NCBI GenBank assembly: GCA_902594855.1
Contig: CACJNS010000001.1
Location: 474,405 to 538,404, forward strand
Source: an uncultured SAR86 cluster bacterium
GTDB taxonomy: Bacteria; Pseudomonadota; Gammaproteobacteria; Magnimaribacterales; AG-339-G14
Length of the DNA: 64,000 nt
Direction: 5' to 3'
The position numbers and the translations under genes were made by a program. Below the pieces are notes generated by a model. It was given only the letters and a program-made list of their open reading frames with translations, was not told the origin of the DNA and did not search any database. This document shows, in pieces, positions 63,051 to 64,000 of the stretch. Every line of letters starts with the position of its first letter. The first letter of the stretch is position 1.

Positions 63051-63860
63051 TTAAATTTCTTCTTTAAGGTGTCTAGACATCATTCCGCCATAAGCAACAG
63101 AAGTCCATCCACCATCAACCACAATGGTTTCACCAATTACATAATTACTCGCTTTCGAAGCCAAATAAATACAAGATCCTCCAATATCCTCCTTATTTCC
63201 AACTCTATAATTAGGTACGAAAGCCCCGAGAACTTGAGGATTATCTCTTGCCATTTCATTCATATCAGTAGGAAAAGCACCAGGAGCAATTCCATTCACA
63301 TAGATATTTTTTTCTACTAAGACTTTACCCAAACTTCTTGTCAAATGAATTAATCCAGCTTTTGAAGCTGTGTAGGGATAAGAGTCATAATCTGCAATGC
63401 CAACTCCATCTATTGAAGCAATGTTTATTACTTTCGATGGATCATCCTTGGTTGCATTTGCTTCCATAAGCGGAACAAGTTTCTGAATTAAAAAAAATAC
63501 TGATTTTAGATTTAAATTAAAAGTTTTATCCCAGCCTTTTTCAGGAAAGCTTTCAAACTCCTCATGCCAGCCCGTAGCAGCATTATTGATAAGAACATCC
63601 AAATGACTTTCGTAAGAGTTTATTTCTCTTACTAAATGATCAACTCCTTCCATTGACGATAGGTCGTTTTGAATTCCTACACAATATCCATATTCACTCA
63701 ATTCTTCTGCAGTCTTTGCAACGACATCTCCATGTCTAGCAGTAATGTAAACTTTTGAACCAGATTTAACGAAGACTTCAGCTATCATCCTACCGATTCC
63801 TTTTGATCCTCCGGTAACTAAGACGACTTTATCTTTTACGTTAAATATTTCTTCAATCAT
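63051..63860 (-). CDS. Short-chain dehydrogenase/reductase (SDR)
   Basis: 269 aa with TGGSKGIG, NNAA and YTASK catalytic motifs. Confidence 0.9.
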   Translation of the reverse strand: MIEEIFNVKDKVVLVTGGSKGIGRMIAEVFVKSGSKVYITARHGDVVAKTAEELSEYGYCVGIQNDLSSMEGVDHLVREINSYESHLDVLINNAATGWHEEFESFPEKGWDKTFNLNLKSVFFLIQKLVPLMEANATKDDPSKVINIASIDGVGIADYDSYPYTASKAGLIHLTRSLGKVLVEKNIYVNGIAPGAFPTDMNEMARDNPQVLGAFVPNYRVGNKEDIGGSCIYLASKASNYVIGETIVVDGGWTSVAYGGMMSRHLKEEI

Positions 63861-63869
63861 ATCAAACCT

Positions 63870-63998
63870 TTAAAAAAGACCATCTTCCCTAACAGCATTA
63901 AATGAATATTTCATTGAATCAATAATCTTTGAAACATCACCATCCGAGTGAGCATCACAGATGAAAGATAATCTTACTCCAGGAACAATTACATCCTG
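63870..63998 (-). CDS. 3' end of an unidentified gene entering from the right edge
   Basis: An open minus-strand frame reads ...QDVIVPGVRLSFICDAHSDGDVSKIIDSMKYSFNAVREDGLF-stop. It ends 9 nt before the SDR start. Only 42 codons are visible. Confidence 0.4.
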   Translation of the reverse strand, partial: QDVIVPGVRLSFICDAHSDGDVSKIIDSMKYSFNAVREDGLF

Positions 63999-64000
63999 AC

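Noticed and set aside
1-64000. Mobile elements, prophage, defence islands, tRNA/rRNA/tmRNA genes
   Set aside because: No transposase, integrase, recombinase or phage-structural signatures appear in any ORF. I noticed no long inverted terminal repeats. All intergenic regions are at most 190 nt, and none shows a tRNA-like cloverleaf on inspection.

Overview
This is a compact, low-GC bacterial chromosomal segment, roughly 35-45% GC by hand counts. I count about 62 protein-coding genes. I found no rRNA, tRNA, CRISPR array, transposase, integrase or recognisable phage or defence genes.

The conserved gene order looks gammaproteobacterial and Pseudomonas-like: rpoH-thiS-thiG-trmB; efp-argS-yggS-proC-yggT-metX-metW-rdgB; lgt-thyA-folA; and a six-gene TonB2-type cluster. 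Genome streamlining is evident. Many start/stop codons overlap, most intergenic gaps are under 100 nt, and convergent genes repeatedly share or overlap their stop codons.

The main finding is a 13.5-kb tandem pair of paralogous ORFs of 2265 and 2216 aa (7347..20798). Both share this layout:
- a signal peptide
- a FecR-like domain
- a ~290-aa Ser/Glu/Asp linker with no basic residues
- 6-7 cadherin-like modules
- a ~760-790-aa region I cannot assign
- a C-terminal TbpB-like handle+barrel lobe

I do not recognise this combination from any characterised protein. All domain calls come from motif recognition by eye, not from database searches.

Secondary points:
- an orphan 1067-aa secreted protein
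- a 9-Cys mini-protein next to an RRM RNA-binding protein
- a split convergent TRAP transporter that encloses a lipoprotein M19 dipeptidase
- a zapE gene with no canonical start codon upstream of its P-loop
- a TonB-dependent receptor / cytoplasmic type-B carboxylesterase / GPH symporter / SDR locus preceded by a 20-nt perfect palindrome
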